DNA of 63,790 bases, filler included, from Octopus bimaculoides (GCF_001194135.2; 7 parts of 7 records of this genome joined end to end with filler, not necessarily neighbours in it); one strand, 5' to 3'. Positions 38,454-51,544 are shown, numbered from the whole stretch's first letter. Notes: generated by a model from the sequence alone, not told the origin. Program-made: numbers and translations.

Positions 38454-38514
38454 ATTGTACTGACGAGTAGAAGTTGTATAATACTACAATAACTCCGAAA
38501 TCATGATCTATAGT
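38454..38514 (+). ncRNA. Candidate minimal type I hammerhead ribozyme
   Basis: Core CTGACGA 38460-38466, GAAA 38497-38500, triplet ATC, 6-bp stem I, palindromic stem III ATCATGAT. Confidence 0.55.
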
Positions 38515-39666
38515 TTAGTTCGTTTTTAAGGGGTTGGCTTTGAGAGTTGCATTTCCTCGCATTCGGTAAAAATGTGCTTTTTATAGTAGTCTGACCTTAG
38601 AGTCCCTCATGGCGTGAGGCATTATTATATAGTAATGCCCTTATATAAATATATATACTGTGGTAACTTTTATACACTGCCCACAACATTTGGGAATCTC
38701 TTGTATGTTTCGGTATTTATTTATTGACGGCTTTTGACGTGTGTGTGAGCAACATAATGTACTTTACTTTAGTACAACCGCTGAGCGTTTATGTCTTATG
38801 TAATAACATTTTAACGAAAGAATGCCTTTAGCTTATGTTTGTTTATTCCTCATTATGACGAATGTGCGGAATCTGAAATCCAAGTTAAGGCTTCCTGGCA
38901 AAAGTACTTCCCATCTTTGTTCTTGTCCCGAAGCTCGAATATAAAATTGTCAACCGGCGCCGTATTTCCCATTATTAGTTACGCGCTAATCTTCCTACAT
39001 TTTGTACAGGAGGGAGCCTCGATGACATATAGTTTATTTATCATCACCATCGTTTTTATATCCTTCTTTTCTCTGCTTGCATGTGTTGGATGAATCTTAA
39101 ACATAATTCTTTTTGCCATATGGACTGGACACATTTTATCGCAGCACTGACATTAGAGAGATTGTCTGGGATATGAGACGTTTTGACGTTGCTGGTTCGA
39201 CGCTGACTTATTTGAAACCAAACGTTTTAATATTTCTCACGTTTTAATGGTTCTGTCTATTTCCCCTTCTCTCTGCTTATGTTCGTGAGGGTATTTCTCG
39301 ATGTGTAAGAGGAGAAGGAAATTGTTTATGTTGATTGTGTTCGTTTAATAATTTGTAATGTCTCTCACCCTCACTCTATCTATATGTGTATATTTCTGTT
39401 CGTGCATACATGTGTGTATTCGTGGATTTACTTCCAGCACTTGTACTGTCACCAAAACAGGCTGAATGTCCAGTCAGCCATACCAAATTGTCAGTATCAT
39501 CAGTGGCCCGGGAACAAAATTTGCTTAGGGGGTGCAAACTCAGTTTCAAAATTTGGCACTACTGGAGAAGTGTGGATCCGAGTTCTGGGAGTGTGCATGT
39601 CACAAATTTGCGCATGTACCTGTGTTAGTCGTAAGTAGTCAAATTTAGCACACAGGTAAAAAATGA

Positions 39667-39994
39667 GACGCTCGCTACTTGCTGTAAATGGAGGGTGGGT
39701 TATCCATCTGATACAAGAAGAAAATTGCAGATTAATTGAATAAAAACATGAAAAATAACAAAATGACATTTCATTGAAAAGTAAACCATTCTGAAAGATA
39801 GTTCAGAATGTTTTCAAAACATTCATCTCCAGCTTTTCCCATATTTTATTAAGGGTTAGGGTTTAAAGTTAGGGGAAGTGAATGTTTTTTCAGTATTCAA
39901 TGATTATTTTTCACTTCTATATTCAACTTATCTGCAATTTTCTTTTTGTATTACATGGATAACCTCGCTCCTTTTACAGCAAGTAGCACGCGTC
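39667..39994. mobile_element. MITE-like element with 22-bp TIRs
   Basis: gacgctcgctacttgctgtaaa ... tttacagcaagtagcacgcgtc (2 mismatches); internal agggttagggtttaaagttagggg. Confidence 0.7.
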
Positions 39995-40281
39995 CGAACA
40001 TTCAAATGTCANNNNNNNNNNNNNNNNNNNNNNNNNNNNNNNNNNNNNNNNNNNNTTAATTAATTAANNNNNNNNNNNNNNNNNNNNNNNNNNNNNNNNN
40101 NNNNNNNNNNNGTTAGGCAGATCATTATATAAAGGTTTACTATATTAATAAATGAAATACACGAAATCCTATGATGGAATCGATCTACAAACATGATTTT
40201 CGACCGCTGAACTCCCAGAAATAGGTGTTGGATTTCTAATCATTTTCTTCAACCCCGTTAATCTTCTATTTAATTCCTAAA

Positions 40282-40457
40282 TGCTTAGCGGTATTTCGTC
40301 TGTCTTTACATTCTGAGTTCAAATTCCGCCGAGGTCGACTTTGCCTTTCATCCTTTCGTGGTCGATAAATTAAGTACCAGTTACGTACTGGAGTCGATCT
40401 AATCGACTGGCCCCCTCCCCAGAAATTTCGGGCCTTGCGCCTAGAGTGGAAAAGAAT
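40282..40457 (+). mobile_element. 5'-truncated family-A SINE
   Basis: tgcttagcggtatttcgtc...tagagtggaaaagaa. Confidence 0.8.
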
Positions 40458-42114
40458 AAATATAGAATGAGGCTGAGTCTGTCATGAAACTCATCCGATA
40501 CTTTACACTGGGATTCTTATACCACACCATAGAATGAATTTCTGTATTGTTTACTCTGAAAAGTGTGTAATACAGTTTCTGTAAAATGTTTAATATTTTT
40601 TTTTTACATGGAAGAGCTTATCTTATCACGTTTGTAAAGTCAACAACCGTGGTGGCTATCTTTTCCTTTCATGTCTCAACTGTCATTAAAATAAATGGCA
40701 ATGCCACAATAAATCTGATTCCACCAATTATAATTTCACTTGAAAACCTTAACTAATTCAAGATTTGTTTGAAACTTCGAAGACTATATAAGAACTCTTT
40801 GTCAACAAACTAGTAACGTAAAAACATCCACTTGGATAGTCACTCTACATGCATGTCTTTTCTGTGTAGTTTCTTATCGTCTGTGTAATCATTTTGAATG
40901 GGAGGAAAAAGTTCAGGCCGTTGACCTTGCCACGTTGATGTAATTATTGATTGCATGAAGAACCCCGATTCTTCGTCTACAGACCGACGCTTTATCTATT
41001 AAGCAATATTAATGGCGTCTTGTTAAACTTAGAATTAATGCAAGGATTTTTTTTATTTGTAAACGATAAAAAAATTGTCGAGGAGTTGATGATAGACAAC
41101 AAAGTAAATATTCAATCAACAAGTATCTTATGTCGAGAGTCTAAATAAATAATGGATACACGTATTGATTTCTTAGTTTGGCACGATGTTACTAGAATTT
41201 AGGAGAAGTAGAATTAATGAGCGATACCGTATTCCTTGTATTCTTAATAAGTTCTGTTAGATTCGAACGAGGCTGTCAGATCGCCTGTGTTTTCCGACAT
41301 CGGAAAACACCCTCTTCTTTTACGCGATGAATGTTCTTGATGCGCACGGTTTATCAATATAAAGGGACTTTGATTGAGATACTGTGGGTTTCGACCATCG
41401 CTCTCTCCTGCAGGAGAGATAAATATCACAAAAGCACAGAGCGATTATCTCTAGAAATCAAAGAACAAATTATTTGCTTTTGCATACTGATATCTACCAA
41501 ACAGAAAACAATTCATGGGGTCACACAGTATAACGAGAATCCAAACAATAACGAAACAATTCAAAAGTGTATATTTGATCGCTGTTCTTTTTCGTTATCG
41601 TAGGACACCTCCCCCCTTTAGACGACGTGTGTTCATTACACATGCGATTCGACGCTTTAAGGAAACTTTCAGACACCTCCGTGTTTCGATATTGTTATGC
41701 GTCTTCTTGGCAAAAACTACCCCACAGGACCAACGAAACTCACAATAGCATGAACTCCTGTTTAAGAATATCAGCAAAAAGACTATTTCTACAAAGCAGA
41801 TAATTCACAGGATATCCGCGCATTTCATGTATTAATAGTAATCAAGACTTTTTCTTTATTAATGCAAAAATGCCAAAATATAATCACGACAGATTCTAAT
41901 CTCAGAATAGAAATTTCTACGACTGCCGCCGTAAATATTCAGATTGATTCTGTACTGAAATTGATGGTAGAGAAATAAAATTAAGAATTCTGTGCATATT
42001 AGTAATTTTCGAAAGTAACATGGTTAATTTTAGAGTGTTTTTCATTTACATCTTTAACTGAAGGATTCACTGGAATTAAGAGATAAAAATTTCAATTCCT
42101 TTTTTATTTGTCAC

Positions 42115-42310
42115 TTATTTTAGTCATTGAACTGCAGCCATGCTGGAACACCTTGAAGGAATTTAGTCGAAGAGAAATATACTCCAGAACTTTTACTCTA
42201 AGCCTGTAACTTATTCTCAAGGACTATTTTACCGAACCAGTAAGTTACAGGGACATAAACAATCTATCACCGGTTGTCACACGGACCTGGGAACATACAG
42301 AGGGACACAC
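42115..42310 (-). mobile_element. Body of the composite SINE (another at 47800-47995)
   Basis: cagccatgctggaacacc...gaaccagtaagttacagggacataaac. Confidence 0.7.
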
Positions 42311-42534
42311 ACACACATGTATACATGTATATGCATACAAAAAAACACGCATGTATATGTATACATATATATATATATATATATATACATATTTATATAT
42401 ATACATATATATATATATTATTTTATTATATGTATTTATTTTCTCCAAGTAAAAAAATAATTGTAATTTTTCGAAACATATGTCGGAATAAAAGTAAGCA
42501 GTTCTAATATGCGTTTACTCCATTCTTTAAATTT

Positions 42535-42582
<48 letters not shown>

Positions 42583-42789
42583 TATATACACATATGTATA
42601 TACATATATATATATATATAAAAATAAGACACGGTAGAAAATGCTAAAGTAATTTTATCACGAAATACATTCTGTCAGCACCGGTTTCTATCTTTTCGAC
42701 TTTTTCAACTAAGAGTAAAACGGAGGGGGATATTAATTAAGAAGAAAAGCATGGGAAACTCACCACCCCACCAACTTTTTAGATACCCT

Positions 42790-43520
42790 CTTAAAACCAT
42801 TCCTCAAATATACCAAAAGCTAGATAAGGGACGGCATAGATATGCTCACCTCCCTGAACCAATTAATAAAAAAAACCTACTGGTATTCTTCGATGTAGTC
42901 AACCTGTACTCTAATATCCCCCATAATCTTGGAATAGAGGCAATCTAATTCTGGCTAGAGAATTACTCCAATCAACTCCCACACCGCATCAAAAAACAAT
43001 TCGTAATAGAAGGGCTAAAATGCCACTTGAAGAATAACTACCTCGTATTCAATGACAACTTCTATCGACAGGTATCGGTGATTGTAATGGGTACGACAAT
43101 GGCCCCCTAATATAGCCATGGGATTCCTAGAAATCACTCTTTACTGTAAGGTACTAGTAAAATGCAGAAGCCCATTCTCTGTTTATAGAAAATAACTGGA
43201 ATGGATATCTAGATGACTGCTTCATTCTTTGGCTTGAAAGTATAGAGGGACTTAAAGAATTTCAAGCATTTGTAAATGGACTTGATATAAACATTCAATT
43301 TACGATGGAGTATAGCCATCAATAACTTCCTTTCTTCGACATGTTCATTACGAAATCCAACAGCAAAGTTGAAACAAACATATAATATAAGCCCACGGAT
43401 TCCAAGCAATATCTACCGCTCAGCACTAGCCAGTGCTGACACACTAGAATGAATATCCATTTCAGCCTGACCAAAAGCATTTGCACTATAATACCTGATA
43501 CAACCACCAATGACATTGCA
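42790..43520 (+). mobile_element. Penelope-like element reverse transcriptase relic
   Basis: LVFFDVVNLYSNIP...NNYLVFNDNFYRQV..MGTTMAP...YLDDCFILW...NIQFTME...LPFFDM...YKPTDSKQYL: PLE RT motifs, with stops and frameshifts. Confidence 0.88.
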
Positions 43521-43589
43521 ACTCACCACGTGCGGATAATCGAAATTCTTCACCTATTGTTTTCTTACTATAAATATGTGTGTGTGAAT

Positions 43590-43698
<109 letters not shown>

Positions 43699-44169
43699 CG
43701 CGCGTGTGAATGTGTGGATCGGATATTTTCTAGTTTTCTTAACATGAAAACAATTCTATCCTTTAATCCACAAATAAAGGAACTATATCTACCAATACGG
43801 TATTGAGCACTAATTTTCATCGTTCGACATTTACATATATATATATACAAAATGGGACAAGAACGCAAAACATCCAGACAGTTAGGTGATACAAGTAAGG
43901 GACAAAACATCCAGATAGACGATACAAAGAAAACAAGGACTGGTCATTCGGAGTTTTCTTTCCTCAGTCGATTTCCAGATTATCTTTACAATTTCGGCTG
44001 GTTATATTTGCGATTGCTCCAATCTGGCCAGCCCCAAGGAAAAACTAAGTCAAGAGCATTAGATTCCTTGGATGAAAGCTGCGAATATATACGAAAACAA
44101 AGACGGAAAAAACGGAGAATGTTACACAAATACAAATAACAGGACATAACAACAGGTGTCTTCCGACTA

Positions 44170-44485
44170 AGGACGAATTAAATTAAGCTGGCGTGTGTGG
44201 ATTCAGTCTAAGCCACGTTGAGATTAACCACGACACCTGAGAAATACAAGCGCAGTACTGACCTCCCTGACGTAACTGCACCAACAGAAGTGCGACTCTT
44301 CACGAACAGAATAGGATCGCAGAAGGAGAAAAGAAATGTGAGCTGCGCAAATCTAGAGCCAAATCCTTGCCTTCATTCCCAGTAGACCACCAGTGTCCGA
44401 CCTGCGGCAGAACCATGCATTGGTCTGATCGGCCACAGCTGCACGTGCAGTGACCCATCTTCTTCTTGCATGTGATGCCCTTGGT
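44170..44485 (+). mobile_element. RTE/BovB-like LINE 3' end
   Basis: EQNRIAEGEKKCELRKSRA...HQCPTCGRT...IGLIGH resembles the C-terminal CxxC motif of BovB-type RTEs; (TTA)n follows. Confidence 0.65.
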
Positions 44486-44713
44486 CATCGACGACAACGT
44501 ATTATTGTTGTTGTTTTTGTTGTTATTATTATTATTATCATTATTATTATTATTATTATTAATAATAATAATAATAATAATATATAAAGGATAGAGGTAA
44601 CTCCTCCAGAAGATATAGAGACAGAATTAAAAGAAGAGTGCCATTGTCATCTAGTGAACGATATTTCGACATCTTGTATGTCTTCAACAGGTTCAAAAAA
44701 TAATTCTAATATA

Positions 44714-44780
<67 letters not shown>

Positions 44781-45233
44781 GTTTGGCTTTTGCTTTGTGT
44801 TTGTACAAGATGACTCCAAGTCTCACCCAGAGACCTCAAGGGACAACAAGTTAGAGATTCAAGTTGCTATTATCACTACGGTACCATAGTTTTGGTTTTG
44901 CACGAAGTATTGTTCTAGAGAATGTCTGTGAAAACATAAGAAAATTAGAAGTTTGTTCTAAAAGTAATTTTATTATAAGATGACAGTGTGAGTTTGTTTT
45001 AAAAGTAATTTGATTTGCTGTTTCGTTACTAAGGACAGAATCAGTATTTGGTCAAAATATCAATCTCTATAACATACTTAAATCAGATATATCGTAGAAA
45101 GCCTGTTAAACTGTGGTATTCGTCTCGAGAAAGAATCACTAATAGACACAAAGTGTTAAAAACACAAATAATTCAGCGGCAAATATATCGGTAGTGTCCT
45201 ATTTTCTCTTAGCATGCGTCCCCAGTAGACACA

Positions 45234-45276
45234 TGTTACTGAAGAAGCGCAAAGAAGCTGAAATAGGCATTTAACG
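45234..45276 (+). ncRNA. Candidate minimal type I hammerhead ribozyme
   Basis: TGTTA CTGAAGA AGC gcaaagaa GCT GAAA T aggc A T T TAACG: complete core, 3-bp stem II, 5-bp stem I. Confidence 0.5.
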
Positions 45277-48200
45277 ATGCCGCCGCCACTGCTGAACCAT
45301 TTTCATCTGCTAATGATATATTTATGTGCTTTTTAACACTATACGTCTATAAGAGATGCTAGCAAATATTTAAAGAACGATGGAAATCAGAAGCGAAAAC
45401 AGGCCTGCTCTATTCAATTACGTCTCCTGACATCTCCAATTCAAGCACCACTTTTCATTAAAGCTATTTTTCTTTTATTCTTACGTCGATGACAATATAT
45501 ATGTAGCTTAAATGACTCGAGTTTGTATCATTGTCTGTTTTCTCCACAAAAAGTCCGTGTCCTTGTAACTATATTAAAAATTATCATAGGATGCATTTAC
45601 AAATTATATATGCAAGATATGAGAAATTATACAGAGGAATACAAAACATAATACTAAGAAGATATGTTGTTACATGATCTTTTTATTTGGATGATGAATC
45701 ACATACGTTTGAACATTATCATTTTCTTTGTGTTTGAAGCGTAATATTGCCTGAATAATAATTTCCTAAAAGAATAAAAAATACATGAATAAATATAAAT
45801 AAAAAAAATAATTGTGTGTGTACTATCGTCTTGTTAATATACGACATCAATAAAATAATTCGTTTTTATCTTTTAATTTGATACGGCAAATCAGAAACAC
45901 TAATATTTCTGGTTCTGTATCGGATGAATATTGGAATTCAGCTAGAGAAGTGTCATTTTCCTGTTGATTCCTTGACGTGAAAATATTTTAATGTCTAAAA
46001 TATACACCATATCGAATTTATGGGTGTTTTGTGTATTGTCAAGGAGTGGGGTTTATAGTGCCATTCGTGTCTTTTATACAGGGATTAGTATCAAAACGAA
46101 AGAGAAATGGCTCCTAAAATTTGAAAGAACCGCATAAAACTCATTACTTCAAACGTAAACTCCAGGGTCTAGAATTGTGTACAATATGTTTTTGTAAGAT
46201 TGGGTCCTAGTATTGCTTATCAAGGCTGAGGCTGGAAGTGCGCTTATAAACTGCATCCTGATGTATGTGTACTTTGCTACGTGTATTAAGAAGACATTTG
46301 TGAGTTGAATGTTAATTCATAGGGCGGAGTTTATAGGTTGTGAAAGCCTAGTGGTTTGGAGTGTTGTACTCGCGATCGCAAGATCGTGGTTTCGATTCCC
46401 AGATCAGGTTGTATATTTTGCTCACGTGCAAAACAATTCATTTCACGTTACATCAGTCTAGTCAGCAATAACAGAGTATCTCAGCGACGGACTGGTCTTC
46501 CGTTCAGGGGAATGCTGTGATCTCGGTCATTTGTACAGGAACTCAGGTAATCAGCCCTATAATTCCTGGGACTCGAGACAGTAATATTCAGGGGTTGATG
46601 AGGAGGAGCATTTAGAATTGTGTTTTTGCTCTGTTTGTGTCATGGATTTTAAATTTACAGAATGTAAATGTTTGAACGAATAAGGAATGTAGATGAGGGA
46701 GACGTGCTCCGCTTAATCCGTGTAGTGTGATGTTGTTAATATGGCGTTAGTAACATCCTACAAATAGACAAGATAAATTTATCCACATGCATACACCACA
46801 AGTTTATCTCCTATCTTATATTTAGACGGTTATTGAAACACCTTGTGTTAATTAAAATGTTATTTTTTCCGTATGAGAACTCCAGATTTCCGTGAACCGT
46901 TTGGAAATGACATTTCATTAGAATACCTTCCATTTAATGTTGAAATTCATATTTAAGTCATTGATTTCCAGATGTGGTTAGTTGAAGTTGTGGTATTCTT
47001 TTTGTCTGTGTGTATAAAGGAAAATTCATTGTCGTAATAACTTTTTTTACATGCCTAACTAAGTTTCTTTATTACATGATTTCGTGAGCTTGAGATGTCA
47101 CTGCACAGCTAGTTTTAATTTTAATCTTGCAAATTGCTCTTAGCAAATAATTCACATATTTTGCATATTCTAAATTATATAAAAATTGGTCGAAGGCGAG
47201 CAAGAAGAATGTTTTACTGATAAGGCCATATGGCATCTCAGAAACATTCCATTGCGATCCTTTGTTCCGGAAAAATATACGGGTATGAGTCACATAGAGA
47301 GTTATTCATGTGTTTATATATGCAAGTCGAGCGAGATGAGAAAAGATAACGACTGGGAGGTAGCTATTTCTTGAAATCGCCACGTGTCACCGAGAGTTAC
47401 AAAGAATTGCCACTTGATTTTTAATTTCCCTTCTCTGTCTGTAAATACAGTCTTAAAAAATTAAAAATATACCATGTATGGTTTTAAATACTTCTCTTCC
47501 ATTTTACTATCCAAAGAGATAGATGTTTCCGTGTTAATTTCTATAAACTTGTTTTAAATTTAATTAGCAAAGTGATTCCACATTTAAGAATGTACGAAAC
47601 TCGTTTCCTGTATGTTTATTGTCTTAAATTAACCGAAGGACTGTAAGAAGAGTAACTACCGATGATGCTAAAACATTGCCGAAACACGTATCCGAAACTA
47701 TTCCTTGCTTTCCAGACAATGAGACAATCCTTTCCAAAATACTTGAATTAATTCATGAATTTATTCTCAATTTCTTGAAATTATCTTTTATCAATAGATT
47801 TTACTTGTTTCAGCGGACTGCAGTCATGATGGGGCATCATCCTGAAGGTTTTAATCGAATAGATCGACCACAGTCAATATTTTCTTGTAAGTAGTCGTTC
47901 TATTCAACCCTTTTCACGAACTGCTAAGTTATGAGGACGTAAACAAACCAACACCGGTTATCAAACGGCAGTAGGAGATATACACATAAACGCAAAAACA
48001 AACACATACATATCTGTATGGGTGTGTTGTATATGTATATATACATAAAATTTAATAATGAGGGTAGAAATTGATATTAATCAATTAAAACCAGTGGCCT
48101 AGCATATTTGAAAAAAATCCGAAGATTAAAATTATATTACATACAAAATTAAGAGGAATGATACCCAAAAGTGGACTCCTATATGCTAGAAATAGATGCC

Positions 48201-48307
48201 GAATCATCTAACCACGAAAAATATGTTCTCAAGAAAAAAAATTTCAACCAGACTCCAGACTGTAAAAAGGGCAAGACAAATGAAAATATACGAAATAAAA
48301 AACGATT

Positions 48308-48377
48308 GCCTACGTACCAATGGTTTCACCTGTTAATATTTACACAAGCAAATATCCGCAGGATCATCAGCGTAGTC
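48308..48377 (-). ncRNA. Candidate type I hammerhead ribozyme
   Basis: GACTACG CTGATGA t CCTG...CAGG t GAAA CC att GG TA CGTAGGC on the minus strand. Confidence 0.65.
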
Positions 48378-49876
48378 TGTCGATTACAAAATATAATTTC
48401 CAGAACTAGACACAGAACGTTCACCCGAAAGGAAGCTTGTGTAAAGTTCTGCAAATTACATTCGGTGTATTTTTCGAATGTAACATATGAGACTTTGTTA
48501 TTTAAAAATCTGTTGCCTTGTACATTTATATATCTTAAATATTCCAATATATTGTCGTAGCCCGTATATTTACTTGCTTCCTTTCACACTCATTTACCCA
48601 GCCCTTTTTTACACAGCCCAACATATACACACATGCATACTTATGATTATGTTTGTATGAAGCACCCTGATATAATCTCTGTCTCATTTTATAAAATATC
48701 TCTTTCACTGTTTATTCCTATATTTTCTCGATTAGTTCATCTCAAACTTCTTTCCGTTATTTTCTTCTTCTTGTCTTTATAGTCAGATTTCTCTCTTTCT
48801 TTTCTCCGCATATTTTTTCCTTCAACTTTTCCATTTATTTTTTAAACTTCTCTCTCATATACAGAGTTTTCCTACTGTTTTTTCTTTTAATGATTCCCAT
48901 ATTAAATTTACCGACGTTCTATTTCTCTAAATACATGTGTGCATACATATACCTATATACATATATGTATACATATGTCTGAATGTGTGTGCTTGTGTGT
49001 GTAGGTGTGTGTGTGTCTATGCATGTGCAAATATATATTCTCTCTTATCACTTCTCTCTTTATCAAACGAATATTTTCGCTCTCATTCGCTTGTGGGAAA
49101 TATGTCTCTTTTCCTTCGACAGTCTCCTATTCTTTTTATCACTCTTTCTTCCTCTCTCTCTCTCTCTCCATATATATATTCATATATGTGTGTGTGCATA
49201 TGTATCAGACTTCTAGTGTTTTCATCTCCCTCTATTTCTTTCGCTATTTCTCTCTTCTTCTATCTCTCTCTTTTCCTTCCAGTTCATTTGTTTATGCCAC
49301 ACTTCTCTGCCTTCCCCTCTCTCTTGTTCGTATACTTCCTTCTCATACTTTTCGTTTTCTCGCTCTCTTTCCTCCAGTCTCTCCTTCTATTATTTCCCCT
49401 CATCCTCCTCGCTTTACCCTCACACCCTCCAACCACCATTTACTTCTCTCCAACTCTATTTACTCCAGTCTGATGAGTTATCTTGTACCGGTTATCCATC
49501 TTAACATATTATCAATGCATATTAGAGAAGCAATACAAAACAGAAATATGTACGTACGGCGGCGCTGTTGTAGTCATTAGAAACGACATCACGTAAGAAG
49601 AATGGCTGCCATTACATTGAAGCATACGACAGCGGGATTTCTCTACATTCTCATTCTTGCCAAGCGAAGGAAAAATCGACTGAAAGACATGAAGAGATTA
49701 ATAACATCCCCCTAGAAATCAACAGTAGTTAGGCGACGTTTCTGATATCTGCGTCTATTGACCGCGAGGGCTTAATTCGAATACATTGCTACATGGTTCT
49801 CTACAGTTTACTTACGAAGTTATTAGGGAAGGTTTATGAAATGAATAATTGCTTTTTACGTCACATGATGCAAATT

Positions 49877-50100
49877 CTTCTTCTTCTTCTTCTTCTTCTT
49901 CTTCTTCTTCTTCTTCTTCTTCTTCTTCTTCGTCGTCGTCGTCGTCGTGTTCTTCTTCGTCTTCCACTTCTTCCCCTTCTTCCTCCTCTCCTTCCTCTTC
50001 TTCCCCTTCTTCGTCGTCTTCTTCTCCTCCTTCTTCTCCTTCCTCATTCTTCTTCATCGCTTCTTTATCTTCTCATTCTTCTTCTTCGTTTTCTCTTCTT
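49877..50100. repeat. (TTC)n/(TCG)n/(TCC)n polypyrimidine tract
   Basis: Compound triplet repeat; source of the spurious poly-S, poly-E and poly-K ORFs. Confidence 0.9.
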
Positions 50101-50642
50101 GATGTCGATAATTCATATATTTATGTATATATATATATATATGTATATGTGTGTGTGAGCNNNNNNNNNNNNNNNNNNNNNNNNNNNNNNNNNNNNNNNN
50201 NNNNNNNNNNNNNNNNNNNNNNNNNNNNNNNNNNNNNNNNNNNNNNNNNNNNNNNNNNNNNNNNNNNNNNNNNNNNNNNNNNNNNNNNNNNNNNNNNNNN
50301 NNNNNNNNNNNNNNNNNNNNNNNNNNNNNNNNNNNNNNNNNNNNNNNNNNNNNNNNNNNNNNNNNNNNNNNNNNNNNNNNNNNNNNNNNNNNNNNNNNNN
50401 NNNNNNNNNNNNNNNNNNNNNNNNNNNNNNNNNNNNNNNNNNNNNNNNNNNNNNNNNNNNNNNNNNNNNNNNNNNNNNNNNNNNNNNNNNNNNNNNNNNN
50501 NNNNNNNNNNNNNNNNNNNNNNNNNNNNNNNNNNNNNNNNNNNNNNNNNNNNNNNNNNNNNNNNNNNNNNNNNNNNNNNNNNNNNNNNNNNNNNNNNNNN
50601 NNNNNNNNNNNNNNATATATATATATATATATATATACATAC

Positions 50643-50675
<33 letters not shown>

Positions 50676-51544
50676 TATGCATGTATGTATTTATATATCT
50701 AATTCAAACATTTATTTGCCATTATAAGGACTTCTTTCATTCCATTTTAACTTGATGCAAGATGTAACACGTTAGGGAATCAAATAAAACGAAATACTGC
50801 TTCGCTTAATCAAACGAGGAAATTGTTAGATTCTTGCAGCAAAATACGTAACAAATATTTCCTTCACTGATTCCTTTCTGATAACATGAGATTCTGTAAT
50901 TTTAATGCAAAGGAAATAAGTTGAGGTGACCTTGAGAGTGCTAACTACCTCCATTGAGATTATCTTTTGTTAAATAGACGGATTAACTGTAACTCTAGAT
51001 AGAAACTACTTACAGATCCGTGTGTATTTCCTCTATATTTTATGGTTGTTTTAATTCTCACTTTTATCGGAAATATGAAAATACTTTTCCTCTGTTTTAC
51101 AGCCTCTACTTCGCCCGGATCAGTGTTTGACTAGTAACGTCAAGACTATCATGATTTTGCTTAACTTTCTGATGTTTTATAGTTGTACAGAAAATATGAA
51201 TGAGACGTGTTCTGCAGACGTGCAGTAAAAAGAAGTAAGGAGTATGCAAAGTGCTTAAATACTGAGAGGTGAAACGGAATAACGGCACATTTGTGGTTTG
51301 CAGCAAATGAATTGAAAGGGAAGGAAAGTTGTGTAGAAGCTTCATAAGAGACAGGGATGAAGCATAAAACACTGTTAACCAATGGTTCTAACATAGAGTT
51401 TATTAATTATGATATCGTGGCCTCCAATAACGGATACGGTTTGGTTTGTGTAGTGCCTTTTCGACACCAGATTTCTGGGCAGAGCTCTAGTGGCTTTTCA
51501 CCGTTTTCACCTAGTGATTCAACAAATATTTTTATTTCTTTATG

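Noticed and set aside
49470-49500. Hammerhead core CTGATGA with nearby ACCGGT (likewise CTGACGA on minus at 63659-63665 and CTGATAA near 47217)
   Set aside because: Missing GAAA, or no stem I/III pairing, or core mismatch.
49812-50057. Acidic poly-Glu/Asp protein ORF
   Set aside because: Translation of a (GAA/GAC/GAG)n microsatellite; no splice signals or unique flanking coding sequence.
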